55,433 nt of DNA from Prorocentrum cordatum (GCA_963575745.1 CAUYUJ010000158.1:62001-117433); one strand, 5' to 3'. Counted from the stretch's first letter, positions 23,864-41,401 are shown. The notes: a model not told the origin generated them from the letters alone. Program-made: numbers and translations.

Positions 23864-25362
23864 TTCTGGATGCTTATGCTGGTGTTGCACTTTTGCAGCG
23901 AGGCTGGCCGGTCCTTCCTGGCCCTCTCCTGATGTACATGCTTTAGCGAAGAATCAACCATGCGGCGTATCGTACGACAATCTAAAAGAAATCGAGCCCT
24001 CGCCCGGCGAACACCGCAAGGATGGCTAACTGTCCCACCCTCTTGCCCATGGCCTCAATCAGCTGAGTTTCTGCCAGAGGCCCAGACACTCGCCCAGAAT
24101 CAACATCTCTGATAGCTGGCCGTCCGCCGCTGCACTTTTCCGCGGCTGGCGGGTGTCGGGCCCCTGGCTATTCTTTTGTTATGACTTGTTTCTTCAATTT
24201 CTACTCCTTTCGAGACAACAGTTCCCACCAGCTCGACGCAGTAAACGGATCAACGACAGGGGTCCGATAAACACGACGCAGGGGTGGTATGCTCTACAGA
24301 CAGAAGGCGGGGGCCGAACGCCCTACATAGCGTTATCGTGCCAATTCTCTGCGTCCTGTCCAGGCGCAGGGAAACATACGGGACACCGAAAAAGCAGGGA
24401 CAACGCAAGATCGCCGTTCGGCCCGGACTCGGGCACAACCAGCAATAGCCCTAGTCACTCGGGTAGGAAGGGGAGGTGGATGAGCAAACGTGTGGTCAGA
24501 TCTGGCACGCTGTACTGAGCCGCGTGTCAGAAACCACCTCATAATGCTGTCGTGCCAGCGTGCGTACAGCTCCCGCACGGGTAAGCCCGCCGCTCCTATT
24601 GCAAGCACCGGGCGGCGGCGGAGGAAGAGGAGGATGAGGAGGACGAGGAAGAGACTGAGGGGACGCAAGCGGAAGCCGTGTAGGCACTGCCATACGGCCT
24701 CACGGGGGAGCAGAGCCTTGCCTGGCCTCTTGGTCTCCTCACCTCTCCTATCCCCAGTGGCACCTGCGAAGCCATGACGACCCCCGCCCGCTCGCCGCGC
24801 CGAGACCAGCACGCGTCCGTTCACCAGCTGCAGGCTCTAGGCCAGAGGCGAAGCCCCGAGGAGAGGTGTCCGATGCGGGTCCGTCGGCTCTGCCTGGGCT
24901 GCCCCGCGAATCCAGGGCCCAAGCCTCTAGGAGCGGCTGGGTCCAATGCCCGGGAACCCTCCCTCGGCAGAAGACCTGTGTGCCAAGAGATCCAACGTAT
25001 TGAATAATTCAACGCGGATTTCTTTTTTCTCCGTTTCCGGCCTATGGGGGCCTTCGCTGGGCCCCAGGACCGTCCAAAAACGACTCGGGATGAGAAAGCT
25101 GGTCCTGGGGAAAGGGTCGGGACTTCCAAGGGACCCCGCTGGAGCAAAACGTGAACCCTTCCGATCTCTGTGTGCCCACGGGCCTGAGAGCCCAGCGCCC
25201 CTTGAACTCCACCGCCCCGGACGCCCCAGCGTCCTTGGGCCCCCGCCCCGCCGATCTCGGGACGGCCCAGGATCCGCCCAGGACGGCTCCACCCTGGCAC
25301 GAGGTCGGCCCACCGGCCGTCTCCAGATCCCCGCAGGGCGGCCGCAGGACGCCCCGTGACGG

Positions 25363-25462
25363 NNNNNNNNNNNNNNNNNNNNNNNNNNNNNNNNNNNNNN
25401 NNNNNNNNNNNNNNNNNNNNNNNNNNNNNNNNNNNNNNNNNNNNNNNNNNNNNNNNNNNNNN
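25363..25462. other. Assembly gap (100 N)
   Basis: Run of N; adjacency across it is not established. Confidence 1.
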
Positions 25463-25607
25463 TGGAATGTTTCGTGAGGTGTCTCGTGGGCTGTTTCGTG
25501 AGGTGTCTCGTGGGATGTTTCGTGAGGTGTTGCCCAGTTGGGTATCATGAAAACGTGTACATGCTCCACATGTCTATATCCCTTTCCGGGTTCGTGGGTC
25601 CATCATG
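25463..25607 (+). mobile_element. 3' end of another copy of the Helentron-like element
   Basis: 24-bp gtgtctcgtggaatgtttcgtgag-type repeats, then tatatccctttccgggttcgtgggtccatcatg followed by TT. Confidence 0.8.
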
Positions 25608-25833
25608 TTGAAGGCTGCCTTGGGCCGTCTGGGAGCCTTTTCAGAAGCAATGTCAAAACTATGTAAGGACAACAGTTTTGAAGTCGATGCTGGTGTATGT
25701 TTTCACTTTTTGAGGATGTCCCTAGCGAAATCGCTATTTTCGGAAGTCCCCCAATCGTTCTGACAGCCATCTTGACGTGCTTTTTGGCATCTCATTTCGT
25801 CATCCTGAGGTACTTCGAGAACGAGTGCTTTTT

Positions 25834-28800
25834 CCCGGAAAGGGCTCAGGCCCAGGGTTCTCTTTTAGTAGGTAAACCTGTCCCCCGGTGCCAACTTGAG
25901 GGAGGCCGGCGAATTTTTTTCCCGGAAAGGGCATGGGCCCAGGGTTCTCTTTTAGTAGGTAAACCTGTCCCCCGGTGCCAACTTGAGGGAGGCCGGCGAA
26001 TTTTTTCCCTGATAAATAACGAGGTCGAAGGAGTCCGGCGAATTAAAATTTGAGGATGTCTCGAGCGAAACGCTTGTTTTTCAGAATTTCTTGAGGATGT
26101 CTCGAGCGAAACGCTGGTTTTGCAGAGTTGAGGATGTCTCGAGCGAAACGCTTGTTTTCAGAATTTGCTGAGGATGTCTCAAGCGAAACGATGGTTTTGC
26201 AGAGCCGACCGCGACGCGGAAAAGCGCCCCGCGCGAAGGAATTTCGATGATGTCTCGACTAATTCGTTTGTTTTTGTACGATTTCCTGGAATTTTGGCAG
26301 GATGTCTCGAGCGAAATGCACGACCCCACCGCACGACCACGCCCCAGCACGACCACACCCCAGCACGACCAGACCCCAGCACGACCCCACCCCAGCACGA
26401 CCCCACCCCAGCACGACCACACCCCAGCACGACCACACCCCAGCACGACCCGACCCCAGCACGACCCTACCCCAGCAAGACCACACACCAGCACGACCAC
26501 ACCCCAGCACGACCTCACCACAGCACGACCACGCCCCAGCACGACCACGCCCCAGCACGACCACGCCCCAGCACGACCACGCCCCAGCACGACCACACCC
26601 CAGCACGACCACCCCCCCAGCACGACCACCCCCCAGCACGACCACCCCCCAGCACGACCACACACCAGCACGACCACTCCCCAGCACGACCATCCCCCAG
26701 CACGGCCACACCCCAGCAGACACACCCCAGCACGACCGATCGATAAATCAACAGGGTGCGGACACCCCAGCACGAACCCACCCCCAGCACGACCCCCACC
26801 CCAGCACGACCCACCCCAGCACGACCACGCCCCAGCATGACACACCCCAGCACGACCACACCCCAGCACGACCACTCCCCAGCACGACCCCTCCCCAGCA
26901 CGACCCCACCCTAGCACGACCACACCCCAGCACGACCACACCCCAGCACGACCCCACCCCAGCACGATCACACCCCAGCACGACCCCACCCCAGCAATAC
27001 CACACCCCAGCACGACCGCACCCCAGCACGACCTTACCACAGCACGACCACACCCCAGCACGACCACGCCCCAGCACGACCACGCCCCAGCACGACCACG
27101 CCCCAGCAAGACCACGCCCCAGCACGACCACGCCCCAGCACGACCACCCCCCAGCACGACCACCCCCCCAGCACGACCACCCCCCAGCACGACCACCCCC
27201 CAGCACGACCACACCCCAGCACGACCACTCCCCAGCACGACCACACCGCCTTGGTTGAGTGGTTGCCTGTCGTCGTGGAATGTTTCGTGGGGGGTCTCGT
27301 GGAATGTTTCGCGGGGTGTCTCGTGAAATGTTTCGTGAGGTGTCTCGTGGAATGTTTCGTGAGGTGTCTCGTGGGCTGTTTAGTGAGGTGTCTCGTGGGA
27401 TGTTTCGTGAGGTGTTGCCCAGTTGGGTATCATGAAAACGTGTCCATGCTCCACATGTCTATATCCCTTTCCGGGTTCGTGGGTCCATCATGTCCCTGAT
27501 AAATAACGAGGTCGAAGGAGGCCGGCGAATTAAAATTTGAGGATGTCTCGAGCGAAACGCTTGTTCCCGGAAAGGGCATGGGCCCAGGGTTCTCTTTTTC
27601 CCGGAAAGGGCATGGGCCCAGGGTTCTCTTAGTGGTTAAACCTGTCCCCGCGTGTTGGGTGCCACAGTGTGGCCCCCGGAGGGTGGTGCTGGAATGGGGC
27701 CAATTGAAGGAAGGCAGGCGAAATGTTTTCACCGACTGGATAAATAACGAGGTCGAAGGAGGCCGGCGAATTAAAATTTGAGGATGTCTCGAGCGAAACG
27801 CGTGTTTTTGAAATCCCGATCGATAAATCACAGGGTGCGGGCCACTTTTTCGTGTGTTGAGGATGTCTCGAGCGAAACGCTTGCTCCGCAGAGTTTGCCG
27901 AGGATGTCTCGAGCGAAACGCTTGTTTTGCAGAGCCGACCGCGACGCGGAAAAGCGCCCCGCGCGAAGGAATTTCGATGATGTTTCGACTAATTTGTTTG
28001 TTTTTGCACGATTTCCTGGAATTTTGGCAGGATGTCTCGAGCGAAATGCACGACCCCACCCTAGCACGACCATACCCAGCACGACCACACCCCAGCACGA
28101 CCAGACCCCAGCACGACCCCACCCCAGCACGACCCCACCCCAGCACGACCATACCCCAGCACGACCACACCCCAGCACGACCCGACCCCAGCACGACCCT
28201 ACCCCAGCAAGACCACCCCCCAGCACGACCACACCCCAGCACGACCTCACCACAGCACGACCACACCCCAGCACGACCACGCCCCAGCACGACCACGCCC
28301 CAGCACGACCACCCCCCAGCACGGCCACCCCATCAGCACGACCACCCCCCAGCACGACAACCCCCCAGCACGACCACACCCCAGCACGACCACACCCCAG
28401 CACGACCACTCCTCAGCACGACCACACCCCAGCACGACCACACCACAGCACGACCACACCCAGCACGACCACACCCCAGCACGACCACACCCAGACGACC
28501 CGATCGATAAACACAGGGTGCGGAGCACCCAGCACGAACCCACCCAGCACGAACCCACCCAGCACGACCCCACCCCAGCACGACCACGCCCCAGCTATGA
28601 CCACACCCCAGCACGACCAACCACCAGCACGACCACTCCCCAGCACGACCACACCCAGCACGACCCCACCCTAGCACGACCACACCCAGCACGACCACAC
28701 CCCAGCACGACCCCACCCAGCACAGGCACACCCAGCACGACCCCACGCAGCACAAGGGACCCACCCCAGCACGGACCGCACCCCGCGCACCACTACCACG

Positions 28801-30042
28801 CACGACCACACCCCAGGCACGACACGCACCAGCACCACGACCACGGCCCCCAGCACGACCACGCCCCAGCACGACCACGCCCCAGCACGACCACGCCCCA
28901 GCACAACCACCCCCCACCACGACCACCCCCCCAGCACGACCACACCCCAGCACGACCACCCCCCAGCACGACCACACCCCAGCACGACCACTCCCCAGCA
29001 CGACCACACCGCCTTGGTTGAGTGGTTGCCTGTCGTCGTGGAATGTTGCGTGGGGTGTCTCGTGGAATGTTTCGCGGGGTGTCTAGGAAATGTTTAGCTG
29101 AGGTGTCTCGTGGAATGTTCGTGAGGTGTTACTCGCTTTGTGTTTCGTGAGGGTGTCTCGTGGGGATGTTCGTGAGGTGTTTGCCCCAGTGGGTATATGA
29201 AAAACGTGTTCCATGCTCCACAGTCTATATCCCTTTCCGGGTTCGTGGTCCATCATGTTTCCCGGAAAGGGCATAAGCCCAGGGTTCTCTTTTAGATGGT
29301 TTACCCCCGGATCTGCTGGGAAGAGGGCCGGCGGATTTCTTTACCTGATTAAATATCGAGGTCGAAGGAGGCCGGCGGATTAATATTTGAGGATGTCTCA
29401 GGCGAAACGCTTGTTTTTGAAATCCCGATCGATAAATCACAGGGTGCGGGCCACCCCAGCACGACCGCACCCCAGCACGACCACACCCCAGCACGACCCC
29501 ACCCCAGCACGACCCCACCCCAGCACGACCAAACCCCAGCACGACCACACCCCAGCATTACCCCACCCCAGCACGACCCCACCACAGCAAGACCATCACC
29601 CAGCACGACCACACCCCAGCACGACCTCACCACAGCACGACCACACCCCAGCACGACCACGCCCTGGCACGACCACGCCCTAGCACGACCACGCCCCAGC
29701 ACGACCACCCCGCAGCACGACTACCCCCCCAGCACGACCACCCCCCAGCACGACCACCCCCCAGCACGACCACCCCCCAGCACGACCACTCCCCAGCACG
29801 ACCACACCGCCTTGGTTGAGTGGTTGCCTGTCGTCGTGGAATGTTTCGTGAGGTGTCTCGTGGACTGTTTCGCGGAGTGTCTCGTGGAATGTTTCCAGGA
29901 AGACGTTGAAAACGGTCGCCTGTGTCTCGTGGAATGTTTCGCGGGGTGTCTCGTGGAAGTGCCCGTCGCCCAATACGGTGTCGTGAAAGCGTTTCCATGC
30001 ATGCGGTTCTATATCCCTTTCCGGGTTCGTGGGTCCATCATG
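25834..30042 (+). mobile_element. Head-to-tail array of three copies of the Helentron-like element
   Basis: Unit ends (..TCCATCATG) at 27492, 29257 and 30042; starts CCCGGAAAGGG at 25834 and 29261; junction CATCATG-TTT-CCCGGAAAGG at 29251-29270. Confidence 0.8.
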
Positions 30043-30044
30043 TT

Positions 30045-32620
<2,576 letters not shown>

Positions 32621-35294
32621 ATCCGCCTGGGTCTGACCACGGAGCGATCTCGAGCCATTCCCCCCTCTGCACTCCCCCCAGTTGATAAATATTTCCCTCC
32701 GGGTCTGCACCAACGTCCATCGCGCGACTCTTCGAGTCTAAGCGCGCTTCCCGTCATCCGCTAAGCCTCCATACCGTGCACCCCGCCACCCCCTATAATT
32801 AAGAGATCTCTCACTGATATGAGGAGGATTCAGCCAAAACGTCCAGCTCGCTTCTCGTTCCTCGAAGACGCTTCCCGTCATCCGCCAACCCCTTCTGGAT
32901 CTCCAGACGTGTGAGATTCGTCCCCTGAACGGCCCCCAACGCCCCAGAAAAGCTCAGAGAGGGCCCAGGAGAGCCTCGAGCCCGCCACAAAAAACCGAAG
33001 ACGACACAAGAAGGCCCCAGGATGGCAATAGAAGGTCCCCGACTACATCAAGGGGTCGGCGGACGTGGCGTAAGCCCATAGAAATCGTTTATTCGCGGGG
33101 GTTTTCTCCCCGCGTGCTGCTGCCGCTGTTGCTGCTGCTGCTGCTATGCCGCCTCCTCCTCCTCCTCCTCCTTCTCCTCCTCCTCCTCCTCCTCCTCCTC
33201 CTCCTCCTCCTCCTCCTCCTCCTCCTCCTCCTCCTCTTCTCCTAGAGGAAGACAACAATTGAAGCGAGGCGGAGATGAAGAGACAGAAATCCGCCTTAGC
33301 CCTCGTGGTGAACCCGTGGGTGCCCTCCGTGCGAGTGACGCTCCGGCCCTCACACACGCACCAGACGGAGACGCAGCATCCCCGTACCTCGTCCCTGCGA
33401 CTCGTGGACATCCCACCACTCCAGGGAGCCGGCGGACTCCAGGGAGCCGGCGGAAGGGCGCAGGCCACCATAAACATCTACAATGAAGGCATTGGATAAG
33501 GAACCATTGGAGGAATAATCCAGGGTCCAGACGCCTGGTGGAACATCAACCGAGGCTTGGCCACGGATCTCACCGCCGCCCTCATCAGACAAAATTCCTC
33601 CAGGGTCTGTAGCCTCCTGGGTACTTTCCTCCACGATCGCCGCCATCGTAGCACTGAAGCTGGGCGAGGGCAGAGGAGCACAAGGGCGTCGGGGGCTCCC
33701 CCACGAGATATCCTCACAGGGAACTGGACGCTGTCCCCCGACATCGCCAAGGCGGGGTCCTCAGAAGAGTCGCTCTCCCGCTCCCGCCGGTGCCGCGCGG
33801 GGGCTCGCGCCGAGGCCGAGCAGAAGCAGGTAGTGAAAAAGCAGTTTCCACGAGGGAGAGGCGCCCCCTGGAAGAAGAGGCAGCGGGATGGTCATAAACT
33901 TTCGGAACTCCGCGCAGATTTCTTGGATCTGCGCTGGGCCCCCTTTCTGGCGCGCGAAGCGCGCCAACGGCGGCGGCGCCAGGAATGTCCAGCGCAGATC
34001 CAAGAAGTCCGTCCGAGGTTCGAAACGTTTACGTTTGTGCAGTTTTTCTTCTTCCGCCCTCGTCAGCTATGTACACTCTGTACACTGCAGTACCACCTAG
34101 GACATCGACCACCAGGAACGGTGACCGAAACAAAAGGATGACGAGGAGCAGGGTGAGGACGACGATGGCGAGGATACTCATAATGAAGAGGAGGAAGAGG
34201 AGTAGGAGGAGGAAGAGGAGGAGGAGGAGGAGAAGGAGGAGGAGGAAGAGGAAGAGGAGGAGGAGGCGAGGAGGCGAGGAGGAGGAGGCGGAGGAGGAGG
34301 AGGAGGAAGAAGGAGGAGGAGGGAGGAGGAGGAGGAGAGATAGGAGGAGCATCTGCTGGCGGGGGAGAAGGGGGAGGACGACAGGGAGTGAAGGGATGAG
34401 CGGGAGCGGAGGATGACGACGAGGCTCGATGGCATCACTGCCACTGCAGATGCAGCCAATTCTTGATCTTGTTGCTCGCCTTGGCTCTCCGTCGCCTCTC
34501 TTCGGGTCCCACGCAGCTGCCCGCCTCGCGCCAATGGAGGAGGAGAGGTGGAGGACGAGGCGGGGGAGCGAGTCACAACGACAGAAAGGACGAAGGGGAG
34601 CGAGGGAGAACGAGGAGAGAGTGAGAACGAGGATATGTATATATATATATATATATAAACATATATGTATATTTATATTTCTATATATATATATAGATAT
34701 ACGCACATATAGAGCGATGGAGACAAGGTGGAGGACGAGGGGTGGAGGACGAAAGAAAAAACAATGCAATCCTGTGCAAAAAAACACTCCAGATACCGTG
34801 AACGCAAAGACCCCTTTCAATGGCCCGCGCGGTCTCGGCGTAGCCTTGGCGCGGAGAGAAGGACGAGGGGGCAGGGGAGGTGAGGGGAGGGGGCGAGGAG
34901 GGGGGGTGGGGGGGAGGATAAATTAGGTGCGCTCGTGCCTTATGTGATATCCCTTCCCGCCCATCCCTTACCATCGCTTTTTTTGTCATCTGCGGATGCA
35001 TGTCCTACCCGATCTGGAACTTCCAGCAATACCCCATCGTGTAATGCGCAATCAGAAAGGGGGAACCAAGCAGGAGGAAAAGGACGATGATGCAGGAGAA
35101 GGAAGAGGAGGACAAGGACGTACAGCAGCCGCAGCGGGAAGTGTAATTGAATGAGCGGGAGGAGCAGGAAGACCAGGGGAAGGCTGATGAGGGGAAAGGA
35201 GGGGGGCGACTGCGATGAACATTAGCCTGGCGAAAGACCCAACCATATGCAGTTGTGAATACCGCAACTGTGAGTATCTTCATCGGTGGTGCTT

Positions 35295-37092
35295 CCTATG
35301 GGGCCACGAAGCGCTGTACTTGGCGGGTGACACGCAATGAGCAAAGGCCGTGTTGGATGGTGGTGGACGCATGCGGGCGGTGCCACTGGGACCGTCCGTG
35401 GAACTCCCTATGGGGCCACGAAACGGTGTACTGGGTGGGTGAAACGCAGGGAGCAAGGGATGTGCTGGGTGGTGGTGGGCGCATGCGGGCGGTGCCACTG
35501 GGACCTTCGGTGGAGCCCCCTATGGGGCCACGGAACGCTGTACTGGGTGGGTGAAGCGCAGGGAGCATGGGCTGTGCTGGGTGGTGGCGGACGCATGCGG
35601 GCGGTGCCACTGGGACTTTCGGCGGGCCCCCTCATGGGGCCACGAAACGCTGTACTGGGTGGGTGAAGCGCAAGGGGCAACAACTATGCTGGGTGGTGGC
35701 GGACGCATGCGGGCGGTGCCACTGGAGCCTTCGGTGGAGCTCCCATATGGGGCCACGAAGCGCTGTACTGGGTGGGCGAAACGCAGGGAACAAAGGGCTG
35801 TGCTGGTTGGTGGCGGACGCATGCGGGCAGTGCCACTGGGACCTTCGGTGGAGCTCCCTATGGGGCCACGAAGCGCTGTAGTGGGTGGGTGAAACGCAGG
35901 GGGCAAACATGTGCTGGGTGGTGGCGGACGCATGCGGGCGGTGCCACTGGGGGCTTCGGTGGAACCCCCTTATGGGGCCACGCAGCGCTGTACTGGGTGG
36001 GCGAAACGCAGAGAGCAAAACCGTGTTGGGTGGAAGCGGGCGCATGCGGGCGGTGCCACTGGGACCTTCGGTGGGACCCCCTTTTATGGGGCCACGAAAC
36101 GCTGTAGTGGGTGGGTGAAGCGCCGGGGGAACAAATTGTTGGATGGTGGCGGACGCATGCGGGCGGTGCCACTGGGACCTTCCGTGGAGCTCCCTATGGG
36201 GCCACGGAACCCTGTACTGGGTGGGTGGAACGCAGGGGGCAAAGGCTGTGCTGGGTGGTGGCGGACGCATGCGGGCGGTGCCAGTGGGACCTTCGGTGGA
36301 GCCCCCATATGGGGCCACGGAACCCTGTACTGGGTGTTGGTGAAACGCAGGGCGGACGCATGGTGTGGCTGGGGGGCCTCCTATGGGGCCACGGAGCGTT
36401 GTACTGGGTGGGTGAAACGAAAGGAGAACTTGCTGTACTGGGTGGTGACGGACGCATGCGGGCGGTGCCACTGGGACCTTCGGTGGGGCTCCCTATGGGG
36501 CCACGAAACGTTGTACTGGGTGGGTGAGACGGAAGGGGCAATGGCTGTACTGGGTGGTGGCGGACGCATGCGGGCGGTGTCACTGGGACCTTCGGTGGGG
36601 CTCCCTATGGGGCCACGAAGCGCTGTACTGGGTGGGCGAAACGCAGGGAACAAAGGCTGTGCTGGTTGGTGGCGGACGCATGCGGGCGGTGCCACTGGGA
36701 CCTTCGGTGGAGCTCCCTATGGGGCCACGAAGCGCTGTACTGGGTGGGTGAAGCGCAGGGAGCAAAGGTTGTGCTGGGTGGTGGCGGACGCATGCGGGCG
36801 GTGCCACTGGGACCTTCGGTGGACTCCCCTTATGGGGCCACGAAGCGCTGTACTGGGTGGGCGAAGCGCAAGGAGCAAAGGCCGTGTTGGGTGAAGGCGG
36901 ACGCATGCGGGCGGTGCCACTGGGACACTCGGTGGAGCTCCCTATGGGGCCACGGAGCGCTGTACTGGGTGGGTGGAACGCAGGGAGCAAGGGCTGTGCT
37001 GGGTGGTGGCGGACGCATGCGGGCGGTCCCAGTGGGGGCTTGGGTGGAGCTCCCCATGGGCGACAAAACGCTGTGTTGGGTGGGTGAAACGC
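35295..37092. repeat. ~112-bp tandem minisatellite, about 16 units
   Basis: Unit ctatggggccacgaagcgctgtactgggtgggtgaaacgcaggg...gcggacgcatgcgggcggtgccactgggaccttcggtggagctcc. Confidence 0.97.
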
Positions 37093-38724
37093 ATGGAAGA
37101 AGGAGGAGGGAGGGGAGGAGGGGGAGGGGGGGGAGGAGGAGAGGAATAACGCGGGGACTGTCTCTTCAAAACGAGGACCCAACACCAAAAGATGGTTGGG
37201 AAAAACTCTCATCCAGGCACGTGGCCGCGTTGGTGCGAGAGCGCCATTCTGAACGACGAGAGCAAACTACCTTTCCGATAATGAGGCACAAGCTTCAGCG
37301 GGAACATTATTTTACAACACCGGAAACTATCGGATGGAGAAACACATTGAGAAGCAACAGCTGCTGTCAAATCTGTAGCAAAACAAATATGCACAGAGAA
37401 CGGGACACATTGAGGAAAGAGTCAAGGGAGAGAGGAGCGTAATATTCAGAATGTGTAGCTGCGGAGAGGAGGGCGGGAGGTGGACATATAGGACGAGAGG
37501 GATATTCCCACATACATTGGCTGCTTGCGCCAGGCCTTGCCAGATTTTGCAAGAAAAGCGAGAAGGATCAGAATCCCCTCCTCAATCTCACCCTCCTCCA
37601 CCTCCTTCTCCCGCCCTCCTACTTGTCCTCCGCCTCGGCCTCCTCCTCCTCCTCCTCCTCCTCTTCTGGAGCCCCTGGAGCCTCTGACAAGGCTATCCTC
37701 CTCCTCCTCGTCCTCCTCCTCCTCCTCCTCCTCCTCTTCCTCCTTCCCACCCGCCTCATGCTCCTCCTCCTGCTTCTGCTCCCGCTCCTGCTCCTCCTCC
37801 TCCTCCTCCTCCTCCTCCTCTTCCTCCTCCTCCTCCTCCTCCTCCATCTCTTTTCCATCTCGATAACTCCTCCTTGTCGCGCCTCGAAGCGTGTCGATGG
37901 GGCGGGCCGGGCGTTTCGCCTGAGACGTTCTCACTGTTTCGAGTCCTTACGCTTAACATGTGGAACAATTTCACGGATGGATGGCGGGTCGTTTTCAACA
38001 CGTGGCTCGTGCCTTAGCGCCGCGCACCTTCACTTTAAAACAACTGCAGGAGTTTCGCCGACGGAGGGCGGTACCTTTTCAAACTGTGGCTCTCGCTTTA
38101 GCCCCGCGCGCATTCGTCACACGAGCTTACAGCAATTTCAGGGATACTTATTGTCGATGTCCCAGAAACGGTGTTTTGGCACGATGTAGGACTGTCGGGG
38201 CGCAACACACGCAACAATTACCTTGATTCGCGGTGTTGAGGTCCCAGGAATGATGATCTGGTGCGCTGCAGGATCGCCATAATGCAACAATAACGTCGAT
38301 TCGTGGCGTTGAAATCCCAGTAATGGTGTTCTGGCACGGTTCAGGATTTCCATACGGTTGTCCTCCAACGGGGTACTTCCCTCAGTGCATATAAACCCTT
38401 ATAGGGGCCCATGAAGAGGGAACTTGGAGTGAGGGTTTATTCTCACAACGTTGATGCATCTTGGATTTGCACTCCTCCTCTTCCTCCTCCTCCTGCTGTT
38501 GCTGCTCCTCTTCCTCCTCCTCCCTCCTCCTCCTCACTATCATCGACACCACCACGCTCCTCTTCCTCATCATCAGCATCGACATCAAAATCTTCATCAC
38601 CACCATTCGCATCAACATTTTCAACATCAACATCATCATCATTATCATCACCATCATCATCATCATCACTCTCCTCCTCCTCCTCCTCCTCCTCCTCCTC
38701 AACTGCAGCCACTTCCGCGATCCT

Positions 38725-39010
38725 GCCTGGGGTCAAGCGGACAGGGCCCTTACGTGTGTCCCAGGGCGATGGCAACCGCGGAATGGTCAACGCTTGTGTG
38801 AACCACTGGGAGGTCAAGCGGAGTGGCGTACGACGAACATCCACATGACATCTTGTCTCTCTGGGCGCTGGCAGCCGCGCAGCTGTCGCCACTGCCGTGG
38901 GCCCCTGGGAGGTCCAGCGGGGAGGTGTCCTGCGCGAATCCAGAAGACGCCTCGCCTCTCTGGGGGGCGGGCAACCGCGCGAGCTTCGTGGTCCCTGGGA
39001 GGTCCAGGCA
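38725..39010. repeat. Diverged ~90-bp tandem repeat, 3-4 units
   Basis: ctgggaggtc(a/c)agcgg ... gggcg.tggcaaccgcg recurs at about 38726, 38806, 38905 and 38995. Confidence 0.7.
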
Positions 39011-39084
39011 AACTCGCCACATTGTGTTGCCAGACGTCTCCGGAGGTTGGGTAAATCCCTGGGCGACTTCAGAGGAAGATGGGC

Positions 39085-39171
<87 letters not shown>

Positions 39172-41031
39172 GGATGCGAAGGAAGATGATGATGATGATG
39201 ATGAGGAGGAGGAGGAGGAGGAGGAGGAGGAGGAGGAGGAGGAACAACGTAAACCCAAGGCTCATCAACGATTTTGGAATCGACCCTCCCTCCAAGCTCC
39301 CTCTCCATAGGCCCCTGCACGAATTCATCATCTCCACTGAAGGGAACGCCCCGTTGGTCGACAACCGTTCGAAGATCCCGAAGCGTGCCAAAACACCATA
39401 CGCACGACTTCAACGCCACGCACCAACCTGACCGTTGCGTCTTGACGACCCTGAATCGTGCCAGAACGCAATTCCTGGGCTTCATCACAGCGAATCAACG
39501 CAACTGTTGCGCTCTGAATCCTGACTCGTTCCAATACGCAATTTCTGGTACGTCGGTACGTTAACCGTGTGGGGCCAATGAAACTCTTGAATGGTTTGAG
39601 ACGAATGTGCGCGGTGCTGTTGCGATAACCATATTTTGAGGAGGAGCCACCCTCAATCTGTCAACCCTTTTGCAGCATTTTAATACGAAGGTGCGCGGCG
39701 AGCCAGAAGGCGAGAACCGCATTTTGAAAACGGTCCGCCCTCCGTGAAGCTCGTGCCAGTTTTCAACACGAAAGTGCGCGGCGCTAAAGCGAGAACCACA
39801 TCTTGAAAACCGCCCGCCCTCCATATGCAAACCGGTTGCCAATTCTTAGGCTTCAGGGTCGTGAGCGGTAAGGAAGTCTCAAGCGAAATGCCCAGACCGC
39901 CCTTCCGACTGGCCTTGGGGTGCGACAGGGAGGAATTATTTACAATGAAAAGGAATGGAGGGGGAGGAGGGGGAGGAGGAAAGGAGGAGGAGGAGGAGGG
40001 GGAGAAGGAGGAGGAGGACCAGTGTAAGCCCAAGGCCCACCAACGATGCTGACATAGATGCTCCTTCCAAGCCCCCTCTTCATAGGCCCATGCAAAAGTT
40101 CATATCCACGGAGGGAATGATACAACCGTTCGAAGATCCGGAAGCGTGCCAGAGCACAATTCTCGGGACTCCAATGCTACGAACGGATCTGATGAGTGCG
40201 TCTTGACTATCCTGAATCGTGCCATGACGCCGTTCCTGGGACTTCAACACCTCGAATCAAAGTATCGGCTGCGCCCTGACAGTCCTGAACCACTTCAGAA
40301 CATAATTTCTGTTACGTTGACCATGGGAGTATGTGAAACACTTGCTCATGTTCACGATGAGTGAATGCGGCGCTGATGCGATAACCACATCTCAAAAAGG
40401 AGCCGCCATCAATCCGTCAACCTCTTGCAGATATTGTAAAACGAATGTACGCGGCACGAAAAGGATAACCACATGTTCAAAACGGTCCGCCCTCAATCCG
40501 TGAAGCTCGTGCAAGTGTTTAACACGAATGTGCGTAGCGCTAATGAGGCGAGATCTACATGTTGAAAACCACCCGCCCTCCATACGTGAACCTGTCGCCC
40601 TTTTTAAGCTTCAGGATCATGAACGCTGAAGAAATCTTAGGCGAAACGCCCAGCCCACCCTTCCGACTGGCTTCGGGGTAAAACAGGGAGAAGCTATGTA
40701 TAAGGAAGTAGAAGGAGTAGGAGGAGTGGGAAGAGGAGGAAGAAGAACGAATGGGGAGCGACGCGAGGAGGTTTCGTTTTCCGGCCATAGCTCGGGTCTC
40801 TGGCGGCCGTTCGGGACGATTCGTGCACTCGCGGAACGCTCTCGACCAGGCGCAGCTGTTGGAGAGAACCCCAAGGCTCGAAAAACTGCCAACAACATAG
40901 CAAGAACACGCCGGAAAGCGTGCAACAACTCCGGGGGGGGAGATGGCGAGACCCTCCTCCTCCTCCTCCTCCTCCTCCTCCTCCTCTTTCTCCCCCTCCT
41001 CCAGTGAAGTGAGAGAGGCAGAGAGCGAGAA

Positions 41032-41066
<35 letters not shown>

Positions 41067-41370
41067 TAGTGATAGAGAGAGAGAGAGAGCGAGACAGGGA
41101 CAGATGCAGAGCCCTCGGGCGCCTGCTTGCAGTGATCGCCCTGCTGCAGCGACGGCGGAAGCGTGGACCTGGCCGCCGAGGGGGAGAAGGAGCAGGCAGA
41201 GGAGACGGAGGAGCGGAAAAGAAGGATGACGACGATGAGTAAGAAGATGACGATGAGCAGGAGGAGCGCAAAGATGATGAAACGGGAGCAGGAAGATACG
41301 GAGGAGGAGGAGGAGGAGGGGGAGGAGGGGGAGGAGGAGAGGAGGAGGAGGAGGAGAGGAGGGGGGAGGA

Positions 41371-41401
<31 letters not shown>

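Noticed and set aside
26081..29007. Long ORFs such as GVVVLGCGRAGVWSCW and PARPHPSTTTPQHD
   Set aside because: Translations of a stop-free 16-bp satellite.
33250..33850. Coding-like minus-strand fragment (MAAIVEESTQEATDPGG...)
   Set aside because: Short, with no recognisable motif or supportable splice model.
35295..37092. CRISPR-like regular array
   Set aside because: Whole units are homologous, with no unique spacers and no cas genes, in a eukaryotic context. The same applies to the 41-bp and 16-bp arrays.
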